DNA from: Eledone cirrhosa
Lineage: Eukaryota
Assembly: GCA_964016885.1 (NCBI GenBank)
Contig: OZ024760.1
Coordinates: 5,642,001 to 5,706,000, forward strand
Direction: 5' to 3'
DNA: 64,000 nucleotides
Shown here: positions 27,475 through 40,840 of the stretch, one piece after another
Position numbering within the stretch: position 1 is the stretch's first letter
Layout: the number at the start of each line of letters is the position of its first letter
The notes under the pieces: model-generated
What the model saw: the letters and a program-made list of their open reading frames with translations, nothing else
The model's database searches: none
What the model was told of the DNA's origin: nothing
Program-made: the position numbers and the translations under genes

Positions 27475-30400
27475 CATGCATATATATATATACACACACA
27501 CATGCATATATATATATACACTGTCATGAGGTTGAGTAGGTCTCACGACAAAAAAACACACAGTCCACACTGTAATGTGGCCGTGTAGGTAACACGGTAA
27601 AAACCTCCCAGTTCCACACTGTAAACGTGGTTGGTGTTAGGAAGGGCATCCAGCCGTAGAAAACCCGCCAGACAGTCCTATGCGAGCAAGACAACCACTC
27701 TTGCCTCAAGTGGGAAAACTCCCGTCCAAACCCATGCAAGCGTGGAACATGGACATTAAACGATGATAATGATGATGGGGATTATATATACTTCGTTAAG
27801 ATAATTCTATCTTGAAACTGGTACTAGTTGTCAGGGAACAGTCAAAGTAATTGTAATAATGAATATTGTAATCCATCTGACATGTGTTTAAAGGGCAGTT
27901 TTTGGTGAAAATATTATATTTTGTTTGGTCAAGACGTGGTCAAGCGACCTTCCTTGTTGCCATTTTGGCCGGCTATATATGTACTATATTGACGAGTTGT
28001 AGTGCACCTGAGCACTTTACACAATAATTTCATTATTATTTCATTATTATGATGATGACACACACATATATAAAGGAAGGAAAGAAGGGAAGAAAAAAAG
28101 GGAGGGAGGAAAGCCACCGTTCCTGGGGGGTGGAGGTGGGGTAAATCAGCAGCTGATTTGATTGGTTGAAATAAAATTGTTACCTTGATGTTGGTATTGA
28201 GTTCTTCCGACTTCCTCTGCATCTCAATGGCTCGGGTTGATAATAAATCACCTTCTTTAGCAGAAGGACAACGAGCAAAACCATAATTATCGTACTCTGG
28301 AGAATTACTGAAATTTAACAATGTAAATACTTACTGACAAATATTAACTCTATACTCTCTCTCTCTTCTCTAACTCTCACTCTTTCTGCTTCTCTCTCTC
28401 TCCCTCCCTCTCTTTCTATCTTTTGTGCACACACTCTTTCTCCCTCCCTCTCTTTCTATCTTTTGTGCACACACTTTCTCTCTCTCACTCTTTCTGCTTC
28501 TCTCTCTCTCCCTCTCTATCTTTTGTGCACACACTCTCTCTCTCTCACTCTTTCTGCTTCTCTCTTTCCCTCTCTTTCTATCTTTTGTGCACATGCGCTC
28601 TTTCTCTCTCTCACTATTTCTGCTTCTCTCTCTCTCCCTCTCTTTCTATCTTTTGTGCACACACTCTCTTTCTCTCTCTCACTCTTTCTGCTTCTCTCTC
28701 TCCCTCTCTTTCTATCTTTTGTGCACACACTCTCTTTCTCTCTCTCACTCTTTCTGCTTCTCTCTCTCTCCCTCTCTTTCTATCTTTTGTGCACACACTC
28801 TCTTTCTCTCTCTCACTCTTTCTGCTTCTCTCTCTCCCTCTCTTTCTATCTTTTGTGCACACACTCTCTTTCTCTCTCTCACTCTTTCTGCTTCTCTCTC
28901 TCTCCCTCTCTTTCTATCTTTTGTGCACACACTCTCTTTCTCTCTCTCTCTCTTTCTGCTTCTCTCTCTCCCTCTCTTTCTATCTTTTGTGCACACACTC
29001 TCTTCTCTAACTCTCACTCTTTCTGCTTCTCTCTCTCTCTCCCTCTCTTTCTATCTTTTGTGCACACACTCTCTTTCTCTCTCTCACTCTTTCTGCTTCT
29101 CTCTCTCTCTCCCTCTCTTTCTATCTTTTGTGCACACTCTCTTCTCTAACTCTCACTCTTTCTGCTTCTCTCTCTCTCCCTCTCTTTCTATCTTTTGTGC
29201 ACACACTCTCTTTCTCTCTCTCACTCTTTCTGCTTCTCTCTCTCTCTCCCTCTCTTTCTATCTTTTGTGCACACACTCTCTTTCTCTCTCTCACTCTTTC
29301 TGCTTCTCTCTCTCTCCCTCTCTTTCTATCTTTTGTGCACACACTCTCTTCTCTAACTCTCACTCTTTCTGCTTCTCTCTCTCTCTCTCTTTCTATCTTT
29401 TGTGCACACACTCTCTTTCTCTCTCTCACTCTTTCTGCTTCTCTCTCTCTCCCTCTCTTTCTATCTTTTGTGCACACACTCTCTTTCTCTCTCTCACTCT
29501 TTCTGCTTCTCTCTCTCTCCCTCTCTTTCTATCTTTTGTGCACACACTCTCTTTCTCTCTCTCACTCTTTCTGCTTCTCTCTCTCTCCCTCTCTTTCTAT
29601 CTTTTGTGCACACACTCTCTTTCTCTCTTTCACTCTTTCTGCTTCTCTCTCTCCCTCTCTTTCTATCTTTTGTGCACACACTCTCTTTCTCTCTCTCACT
29701 CTTTCTGCTTCTCTCTCTCTCCCTCTCTTTCTATCTTTTGTGCACACACTCTCTTTCTCTCTCTCACTCTTTCTGCTTCTCTCTCTCTCCCTCTCTTTCT
29801 ATCTTTTGTGCACACACTCTCTTTCTCTCTCTCACTCTTTCTGCTTCTCTCTCTCTCCCTCTCTTTCTATCTTTTGTGCACACACTCTTTCTCTCTCTTA
29901 CTCTTTCTGCTTCTCTCTCTCTCCCTCTCTTTCTATCTTTTGTGCACACACTCTTTCTCTCTCTTACTCTTTCTGCTTCTCTCTCTCTCCCTCTCTTTCT
30001 ATCTTTTGTGCACACACTCTCTTTCTCTCTCTCACTCTTTCTGCTTCTCTCTCTCTCCCTCTCTTTCTATCTTTTGTGCACACACTCTCTCTCTCCCTCT
30101 CTTTCTATCTTTTGTGCACACACTCTCTTCTCTAACTCTCACTCTTTCTGCTTCTCTCTCTCTCTCTTTCTATCTTTTGTGCACACACTCTCTTTCTCTC
30201 TCTCACTATTTCTGCTTCTCTCTCTCTCCCTCTATCTTTTGTGCACACACTCTCTTCTCTAACTCTCACTCTTTCTGCTTCTCTCTCTCTCTCTTTCTAT
30301 CTTTTGTGCACACACTCTCTTTCTCTCTCTCACTATTTCTGCTTCTCTCTCTCTCCCTCTCTTTCTATCTTTTGTGCACACACTCTCTTTCTCTCTCTCA

Positions 30401-33400
30401 CTCTTTCTGCTTCTCTCTCTCTCCCTCTCTTTCTATCTTTTGTGCACACACTCTCTCTCTCCCTCTCTTTCTATCTTTTGTGCACACACTCTCTTCTCTA
30501 ACTCTCACTCTTTCTGCTTCTCTCTCTCTCTCTTTCTATCTTTTGTGCACACACTCTCTTTCTCTCTCTCACTATTTCTGCTTCTCTCTCTCTCCCTCTC
30601 TTTCTATCTTTTGTGCACATGCACTCTTTCTCTCTCTCACTGTCATTATTGCTCTCTTTTTCTCTCTCTTTCTCTAGCCCTCTCACTTTTTTGTTTCTAC
30701 AGTCTCTCTCTCTCTCTCTGTCACTCTTTCTGGCTTTTTCTGTTACTGTGAATATAATATGAAGGGTAGAGAGTGACAGAAAGAGAGGGGGAAGCAATGG
30801 ACAGAGAGTGAGAGGGGGGGGAGACTGAGATTGAGAGAGAGTGAAATAGGGGGGGGGAGACTGAGATTGAGAGAGAGTGAAAGAGGGGGAGGGAGACTGA
30901 GATTGAGAGAGAGTGAAAGAGGGGGAGGGAGACAGAGATTGAGAGAGAGTGAAAGAGGGGGAGGGAGACTGAGATTGAGAGAGAGTGAAAGAGGGGGAGG
31001 GAGACTGAGATTGAGAGAGAGTGAAAGAGGGGGAGGGAGACTGAGATTGAGAGAGAGTGAAAGAGGGGGAGGGAGACTGAGATTGAGAGAGAGTGAAAGA
31101 GGGGGAGGGAGACTGAGATTGAGAGAGAGTGAAAGAGGGGGAGGGAGACTGAGATTGAGAGAGGGGAGGGAGACTGAGATTGAGAGAGAGTGAAAGAGGG
31201 GGAGGGAGACTGAGATTGAGAGAGAGTGAAAGAGGGGGAGGGAGACTGAGATTGAGAGAGAGTGAAAGAGGGGGAGGGAGACTGAGATTGAGAGAGAGTG
31301 AAAGAGAGGGGGGGGGAGTATCCTTTATTTATCCAAGATAAAACTGTTTCACTATTGATGGCATCGAGACCAAAACTTGCTACATTACAATACCACAGAC
31401 CTACAGACGTCTGAGGGTAGAACGTCTGAGGGTAGAATGTCTGAGGATAGAATGTCTGAGGGTAGAATGTCTGAGGATAGAATGTCTGAGGATAGAATGT
31501 CTGAGGGTAGAATGTCTGAGGATAGAACGTCTGAGGATAGAACGTCTGAGGGTAGAATGTCTGAGGATAGAACGTCTGAGGATAGAACGTCTGAGGATAG
31601 AATGTCTGAGGATAGAATGTCTGAGGATAGAATGTCTGAGGATAGAATGTCTGAGGATAGAATGTCTGAGGATAGAATGTCTGAGGGTAGAATGTCTGAG
31701 GATAGAATGTCTGAGGATAGAATGTCTGAGGGTAGAATGTCTGAGGATAGAATGTCTGAGGATAGAATGTCTGAGGATAGAACGTCTGAGGATAGAATGT
31801 CTGAGGATAGAATGTCTGAGGATAGAATGTCTGAGGATAGAATGTCTGAGGATAGAATGTCTGAGGATAGAATGTCTGAGGATAGAATGTCTGAGGATAG
31901 AATGTCTGAGGATAGAATGTCTGAGGGTAGAATGTCTGAGGATAGAATGTCTGAGGATAGAATGTCTGAGGGTAGAATGTCTGAGGATAGAACGTCTGAG
32001 GATAGAACGTCTGAGGATAGAACGTCTGAGGATAGAATGTCTGAGGATAGAATGTCTGAGGATAGAATGTCTGAGGATAGAATGTCTGAGGATAGAATGT
32101 CTGAGGATAGAATGTCTGAGGATAGAATGTCTGAGGGTAGAATGTCTGAGGATAGAATGTCTGAGGGTAGAATGTCTGAGGGTAGAATGTCTGAGGGTAG
32201 AATGTCTGAGGATAGAACGTCTGAGGATAGAACGTCTGAGGATAGAATGTCTGAGGATAGAATGTCTGAGGATAGAATGTCTGAGGATAGAATGTCTGAG
32301 GATAGAATGTCTGAGGATAGAATGTCTGAGGATAGAATGTCTGAGGATAGAATGTCTGAGGGTAGAATGTCTGAGGGTAGAATGTCTGAGGGTAGAATGT
32401 CTGAGGGTAGAATGTCTGAGGATAGAATGTCTGAGGATAGAATGTCTGAGGGTAGAATGTCTGAGGGTAGAATGTCTGAGGGTAGAATGTCTGAGGGTAG
32501 AATGTCTGAGGGTAGAATGTCTGAGGGTAGAATGTCTGAGGATAGAATTGCTGGACAGACTTTATGGGCAGAGCCAATGAGCAGGCGACCCAGAGGTAGA
32601 CCCTGAGCAAGATGGCTGGATAACATCCATGAGCTTGGCTAATCGCCCTTGAGGGTCCAGTTGGGTCTCTTGCTGCTGTTAGAACCTGCTGGAAGGAGGG
32701 TCGGAGGACTCTGCCTCCGTGACCATCCCAGGGAGGAGGAGGAGGTGAAGTAGAAGAAGAAGAAGAAGAAGGCAAAGAAGAAGAAGGCAAAGAAGAAGAA
32801 GAAGGCAAAGAAGAAGAAGAAGGCAAAGAAGAAGAAGAAGGCAAAGAAGAAGAAGGCAAAGAAGAAGAAGAAGAAGAAGGCAAAGAAGGCAAAGAAGAAG
32901 AAGAAGAAAAAAAAGAAAGCAAAGAAGAAGAAAAAAAAGAAAGCAAAGAAGAAGAAGAAGGCAAAGAAGAAGAAGAAGGCAAAGAAGAAGAAAAAGAAGA
33001 AGAAGGCAAAGAAGAAGAAGAAGAAAAAAAAGAAGAAAAAGAAGGCAAATAAGAAGAAGAAAAAGAAGGCAAAGAAGAAGAAGAAAAAGAAAAAGAAGGC
33101 AAAGAAGAAGAAGGCAAAGAAGAAGAAGGCAAAGAAGAAGAAGAAGAAAAAGAAGGTGAAGAAGAAGGAGAAAAAGAAGGCAAAGAAGAAGAAGAAGAAG
33201 AAGAAGGCAAAGAAGAAGAAGAAGAAGGCAAAGAAGGCAAAGAAGAAGAAGGCAAAGAAGAAGAAGAAGAAGAAAAAGAAGGCAAAGAAGAAGGCAAAGA
33301 AGAAGAAGAAGGCAAAGAAGAAGAAGAAGGCAAAGAAGAAGGCAAAGAAGAAGAAGAAGGCAAAAGAAGGCAAAGAAGAAGAAGAAAAAGAAGGCAAAGA

Positions 33401-33986
33401 AGAAGAAGAAGGCAAAGAAGAAGAAGAAAAAGAAGGCAAAGAAGAAGAAGAAGAAGAAGAAGAAGAAGAAGAAGAAGAAGAAGAAGAAGAAGAAGAAGAA
33501 GAAAAAGAAAGCAAAGAAGAAAAAGAAGGCAAAGAAGAAGAAGAAAAAGAAGGCAAAGAAGAAGAAGGCAAAGAAGAAAAAGAAGAAGGCAAAGAAGAAG
33601 AAGAAGGCAAAGAATGAAATATATTCTCTATCCAGATATTTAATACGGCAGTAATTAAATTTGTACAAGTCCAATACAGCAGACATTTTAATGTTATTAA
33701 GATATAAATGTTATCATCAAACTTGACAAGCTTTACCAGATTAATTCTGTTGTGTAATGGAAGATTTAGTGGTAAAAATGTGTTAACGATATTACTGAAT
33801 AATACCTGATATATATATATATGTGTATGTGTGTATATACACACATATATGTATATATATATATGTATACACACACACATATGTGTATATATATATATGT
33901 ATACACACACACACATATATATATATATATAGAGATATATATATATATACACACATATATATATATAGAGAGATATATATATATAT

Positions 33987-34057
<71 letters not shown>

Positions 34058-34070
34058 GATATATATATAT

Positions 34071-34109
<39 letters not shown>

Positions 34110-34900
34110 TATATATATATATATATACATACACATATATATATATACATACACACACATATATATATACATACACACACATATATATATATACATACAC
34201 ACACACATATATATATATATATATATCATCATTTCATTCATTTCACTTTACGTCCACTTTTTCCCTGCTTGCAAGGGTGGGACGGGAATTGATTCTGGCT
34301 TGATTTCTACAGCTGGATGCCCTTCCTAACACCAACCTCATTTACAGTGAGTGCTGGGTGCTTTTTTGCTGTGGCGCCTACATGTCCACTTTGCAGTGGA
34401 ATGATAGGGACCCCAGTCCTTATCGTCTCATTTCTACAGCTGAGTAAACTGGAGCAATGTGAAATAAAGTGTCTTGCTCAAGGAAACAACACATCACCCG
34501 GTCTGAGAATTGAACTCACAACCTTTCGATTGCAAGGCCAATGCTCTAACCACTAAGCCATATGCCTCCACATATATATACACACACACACACATATATA
34601 TATATATACACATATATATATATATATACATATATACACATACATATATATATATATATATACATATATACACACACACATATATATATACATATATATA
34701 TACATATATATACACACACACATATATATATATACATATATATACACACACACACACATATATATATACATATATACACACACATATATATATATATACA
34801 TATACACACACACATATGTATATATACATATACACACACACATATATATATATACATATACACACACATATATATATATATATACATATATACACATATA

Positions 34901-34942
<42 letters not shown>

Positions 34943-34952
34943 TACACATATA

Positions 34953-34992
<40 letters not shown>

Positions 34993-35359
34993 TACACACA
35001 CACATATATATATATATATACATATATTGGTAGAATTGGTCATCCTGCAATGTTAACCATGATGTAATAAAAGGAAAGCACTCAACACTATGCAACTCAT
35101 TGATCTTTGATGTTGAATCATGTGGGTGCTGCGGGAACAGAGTTAAATATATTATAAAGTAAAATGACGGGGCTGGACAAGTTGAATTCCCTTAATTATT
35201 TATTCATGCAAACACTATGCCCATTTCAATGGCCAGGCTGCATTTGAACCCAGTGAGATCATCAGGAGTATATTGCATAATATATGCAATATACACCTGA
35301 TGATGTCACTGGTTATTAATTAAGGGAGCTCAACCTGTCTGACCTCCTGTCATTTTACT

Positions 35360-35407
<48 letters not shown>

Positions 35408-36860
35408 GTAGATGTACAGAGAAATTAGAGAGTAGAAGTCGCATTGATAGACACATTTTCAAATGCAGGAGGGCGCTATAGAAGTGGTGGATAACTTCCG
35501 GTACCTAGGAGATCAGATTAGCATGGGAGGAGGGTGTTCCGAGGCCATAGTATCTAGAATAAGGACGGGTTGGAAGAAGTTTAGGGAGCTGCTTCCTCTG
35601 TTGACGAAGAAGGGTTTCTCCCTGCGTACGAAAGGCCGGTTGTATGATGCCTGTGTGAGGAGCGCGATGCTGCATGGTAGTGAGACATGGGCAGCAACTG
35701 CAGAGGATATGCGACGGCTGGAGAGAAATGAGGCAAGCATGCTCCGTTGGATGTGCAGTGTAAATGTGCGTGAACGACCCAGCATAAATGTGTTGAGAGC
35801 GAAACTGTGTCTGAGAGGGATAGAATGTAGTGTGCGGGAGAGGAGACTGATGTGGTATGGACATGTGATGCGCATGGAGGATGACCGATGAGTGAAGAAA
35901 TGCCAGGAATTACCAGTTGAAGGAAGACGTGGTAGAGGTAGACCACGAAAAACATGGGCGGAGGTTGTGAGAACAGACCTCAGATCATTGAAGCTCACGG
36001 TGGAGATGACGAGGGACCGTGACGAGTGGAGAGATGCTGTGCTGAATAAGACCCGTCCCACCCTTGCAAGCAGGGAAAAGCGGACGTAAAATGATGATGA
36101 TGATGATGATATATATAATAAATGTAATCTGAGTTTTTCGAATATTAATAATAACATTCGATTCATTTGCAATTATGCAAACAAGCCTCATTTTTATAGC
36201 CATGTCTGTAGAATGAACTCTTCATTCTTGCTCTTGCGTTGGCATGCAAACAGAACTGCAGACACTAATATATCTGGGTATCACCCAGATACATATACCT
36301 GGCGTTGCCTAGCTCGGAGTCCGGGACAACCACAGCACCCTAAAGCCCAAAACTGGATATGGATGCTAATATTTAGCACCTCCCCTCTTCTCCAAGGTAT
36401 ATTTTACCCAATTTTCTCAACTATTATTTATATCAATCCCCTATTATTACAGTCATGTTTCTGCATTTGGGACACACATATTATCAAAAAAAAAAAAAAA
36501 AAAAATCTAATTTTTCTCTATACTTACGTTGGAGAATATGCAAAATCCCCTTTGAAATTGGACTCAGAATCAAGAACTTCGTTGAGAAGTTGTCGAACAA
36601 CCTCAGGTTTATTGTCTTCGTCGCCACCTAACACGGTAAAAGAGATGAGAGAGAAATGAGATGATAATGACGAGAAGAACTTTGAATTGCTGTGAAAAAA
36701 TATCGTCATTTTTTTTTTTAGTAGATGACCAGATAAACAGATGGCTGCATAAACTGTGACCATATGTGTGTGTGTGTGTCACCCCCCACTCTCAAGCGTG
36801 AAACTAAAAACCATATTATTTGTACTGCCTCTCTGTTTTTTGTCCTCTGTTCATTTATTC

Positions 36861-36905
<45 letters not shown>

Positions 36906-37158
36906 AAAGAATAGAGGTGTAACACACAAGTTATTATATATTGGTAAACGGAATAGAAAATGCTGACAAATTGTTCACAGTTGAAAAATGGTTTAATTAG
37001 GAATAAAAGAGTATTAGTGATTGTATGGGTTAGTATTCAGTTGTGGTTTTAAGTTTTTAAGTTTTTACCGGTTGCGCATTTCTAAATGCTTTTCAAAAAT
37101 AATTTTGAGATAGAGTGTCCGTGCTGTTTGCTCTGATCACCATTTTCTATTCCGTTTA

Positions 37159-37192
<34 letters not shown>

Positions 37193-37756
37193 AATTAATA
37201 TAAATTAATATATGATAAACACTAATACAAGTATATAAGTGTTTGTATTGCAAATGACCAAGTTAGCTAGATTGAAAAATACTAATTAAATTAATACAGT
37301 TTGCCTGTCTCGATTTAAAATAATAAATCAATAAAAACAAACTCGTATTGGCAATAACCGTGGTACCTGGACAAATTTAAATTTCAAAACCCAAATTCGT
37401 TTCGCAACGATAAGTGAAAAATTCCCTTTTCTCTGCTATTCGGCAGGTATCCAGAAAATTGGTATGTTTCACGGCTCAGAAATACCTCTTTCTTTGAGCT
37501 ATTTAATTGTAAAAGACTGTTTGAGTTTATAACTCTATATATAGTATATATATATATATATTTAATATAGAAATGGCTTCTACAGATTTCCTGATGATTT
37601 CTCCCAAATGAAACAGTTCTAGTCCTGTAGAAGCCATTTCTATATTAAATATTTATGCCTTGCTATGTATTGAGTACCTTACTTACTGTGGTTACCCCCC
37701 GATTGAACCCGGGATAAACATATATATATATGCGTGTGTGTGTGTATGTATATACA

Positions 37757-37818
<62 letters not shown>

Positions 37819-38061
37819 TGTATATACATACACACACACACGCATATATATATATGTTTATCCCGGGTTCAATCGGGGGGTAACCACAGTAAGTAAGGTA
37901 CTCAATACCTGGAAACTTGCATGAGAATAGACTTTCCTGACGACGGAATGCTTCTCTATATTATTCTTCGGAAAATATATTTACTCCATTCCAGAAACTA
38001 ATTAGTTGGAAGTGATATTTTAGTAAGTAAGTTAATTTTATAATTTTCTTATTTTACGTTT

Positions 38062-38119
<58 letters not shown>

Positions 38120-38273
38120 TGTGTGTATATGTATGTGTGATATTTTAGTAAGTAAGTTAATTTTATAATTTTCTTATTTTACGTCTCTTATATATATATA
38201 TATAGATGTGTGTATATGTATGTGTGATATTTTAGTAAGTAAGTTAATTTTATAATTTTCTTATTTTACGTCT

Positions 38274-38325
<52 letters not shown>

Positions 38326-38392
38326 TGTGTGTATATGTATGTGTGATATTTTAGTAAGTAAGTTAATTTTATAATTTTCTTATTTTACGTCT

Positions 38393-38426
<34 letters not shown>

Positions 38427-38493
38427 TGTGTGTATATGTATGTGTGATATTTTAGTAAGTAAGTTAATTTTATAATTTTCTTATTTTACGTCT

Positions 38494-38537
<44 letters not shown>

Positions 38538-40808
38538 TGTGTGTATATGTATGTGTATATATACAATGGTGTCTATTCTTTACAAACTATATTTTCAAAC
38601 TTAACCTTTGTTTTAGAAGCTTCACTCTTTCTAAGCTTTACTATTTTTGCAATTTTTTTTATTTGTTTACTTTTGTATCCCTATATTTTTATATTTCTAT
38701 GTCTATTGTTTATTTTTCACTCCCATGACTTCTACTCTGTATTATGTCACTCATCCTTTACCTATATATATATATTATATCATATAAACTGACCATATAT
38801 GGTCGTCATCATCATCATTTAATGTCTGCTTTCACTGCTATCAAGGGTTGGACATGTCTATATAGACAAAGTCAGTACTGAAGCAGAGCCTGTATCCCAC
38901 TTACTTACAGTCCTATCGAGTGCAGAGGATAAGTTGTAGTGTCTTTTCAGACAAACTGACGGGTCCATATACAGCAATATAAATTATGACCAAATTTAAA
39001 AAAAACAACACTACAAATTAAATCAAAAACACTGCAGCAAATTAAAAGAAATACTACAGCAAATTAACCCTTTAGCATTTAAACTGGCTCTATCCGGCCA
39101 GAATTCTCTCATATCTTTAAAAGGCCACTCATACTGATGTTAAGGTATTGCTCTAAAATAAATAAGATCAAAATCTCATAGATTTGATATTGTGTGAGAT
39201 AATTATGTGAGGTAAAGTCATTACCATGAAAATACAACAGTAAATATAGAGTAATGTAAATGCTAAAGGGTTAAAACAAAACCACTGCAGCAAATTAAAA
39301 CAAATATACAGCAAATTAAAAGAAAAACACAGCAGCAAATTAAAAGAAAAATACAGCAGCAAATTAAAACAAATAAACAGCAGCAAATTAAAACAAAAAT
39401 AAACAGTAAACTAAAACAAAGATACTACAGCAAATTAAAACAAATAAACAGCAAATTAAAACAAAAGTAGTGCAGCAAATTAAAAAAATAATGTACAAAA
39501 CAACAGCTATTTACCTTCAGAAACTTTTTCCAAATTCTTCAAAATGATTAGATACTTGCTCATAATTTTATAATATTTAGCTTCCTGTTTAGCTAACTCC
39601 CTAAAAATATAAGACATGGCAGGTTATTAGAGTTAGATCATTCCTGTGAAGGGGTTTGACTGGAAAACAATCTTAAAACTTCCAAATAAAGTATATAGAT
39701 TTTTATATAGATTTTTTTTCTTTTTAAAATGTCTGCCTCTATTCTCTCAGTCTTTCTTTCTTTCTCTCCTCCTTTCTTTCTGTTTTGTTGTTGTAACACA
39801 AATAAACTATATAACAAGATACATGCATCCTGATTTGTTACTGATCAATACCAATAGATCAATAGGTCTGTAGGTATGTATGTGTGTGTATGTATATATG
39901 TGTGTGTATATATATATGTGTGTGTGTATGTATGTACATATATATGTATATATGTATGTCAGGTCACCAGTTGGTGCTACTGGTAACATGTATCCCAGTA
40001 CAACCTGTCTCATGGTCGGGTCGTTGGCGACTAAACTGGCAACCCTACCAAGGTTTCTTGGTGAGGAGGGTAACTTTGGACATCCTGCAGGACTAAAAAC
40101 AAAACCTGTCAAAGGGCAAAGGAGCTCTTAAGAGTCAATGGCCATCCAAAATCGCCGGGAGAGATGACCCCTTAGCCTTTGTCAAGGCAGAATTCTAGGA
40201 GAAGGAAAACTCTGATATAACACCTGCAACCCTGATGGTATCCAATGATGTTGATTTGTTCTTCTTTTTGGTAAATATCATCTTGGTTAAAAGAGTGGGA
40301 CTGGCTTTGTGCAGTGCCTTTGCTCACTATAAAAGCTTCACGGCACAGGCATTGCTTTATATCTGGAGATCTCTCTGCACTTGTCGTCACATGGTACCAT
40401 GGGCCCAGCACTATGTGTCAATAATTGTCACAAGTGTAGTGTTTGTACCAGAGTTTTCAAGTCGCTGGCTGGACTAAAAAGTCACATTCGTTCAGCGCTT
40501 CGGTAGGGGTTCTCCTACATGGATATAAAGTAGTGGCCGTACTCGAAAACGAGTTGGCAGCCACCATATATGTATGTAAGAATGTGTGTATATATATATG
40601 CATGTATGTATATATGTATGTCTGTACGTATATATGAATGTCTGTACGTATATATGAATGTATGTACGTATATATGTATCCATGTATGTATATATGTATG
40701 TACGTATATATATGTATGTACGTTTATATGTATGCATGTATGTATATATGTATGTATTCATGTATGTATATATGTATGTATGCATATATGTATATATGAA
40801 TGTATATG

Positions 40809-40840
<32 letters not shown>

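Noticed and set aside
28184-28296. Alternative acceptor (ctccag) giving an exon start at 28296
   Set aside because: It gives phase 1, incompatible with the upstream phase-2 donor. The acceptor giving a start at 28307 keeps the frame.
30721-33686. Long ORFs (880 aa PQTFY repeat, MSEDR repeat, poly-K/E)
   Set aside because: These are stop-free translations of 15-bp and GAA tandem repeats inside an intron, with no splice support.
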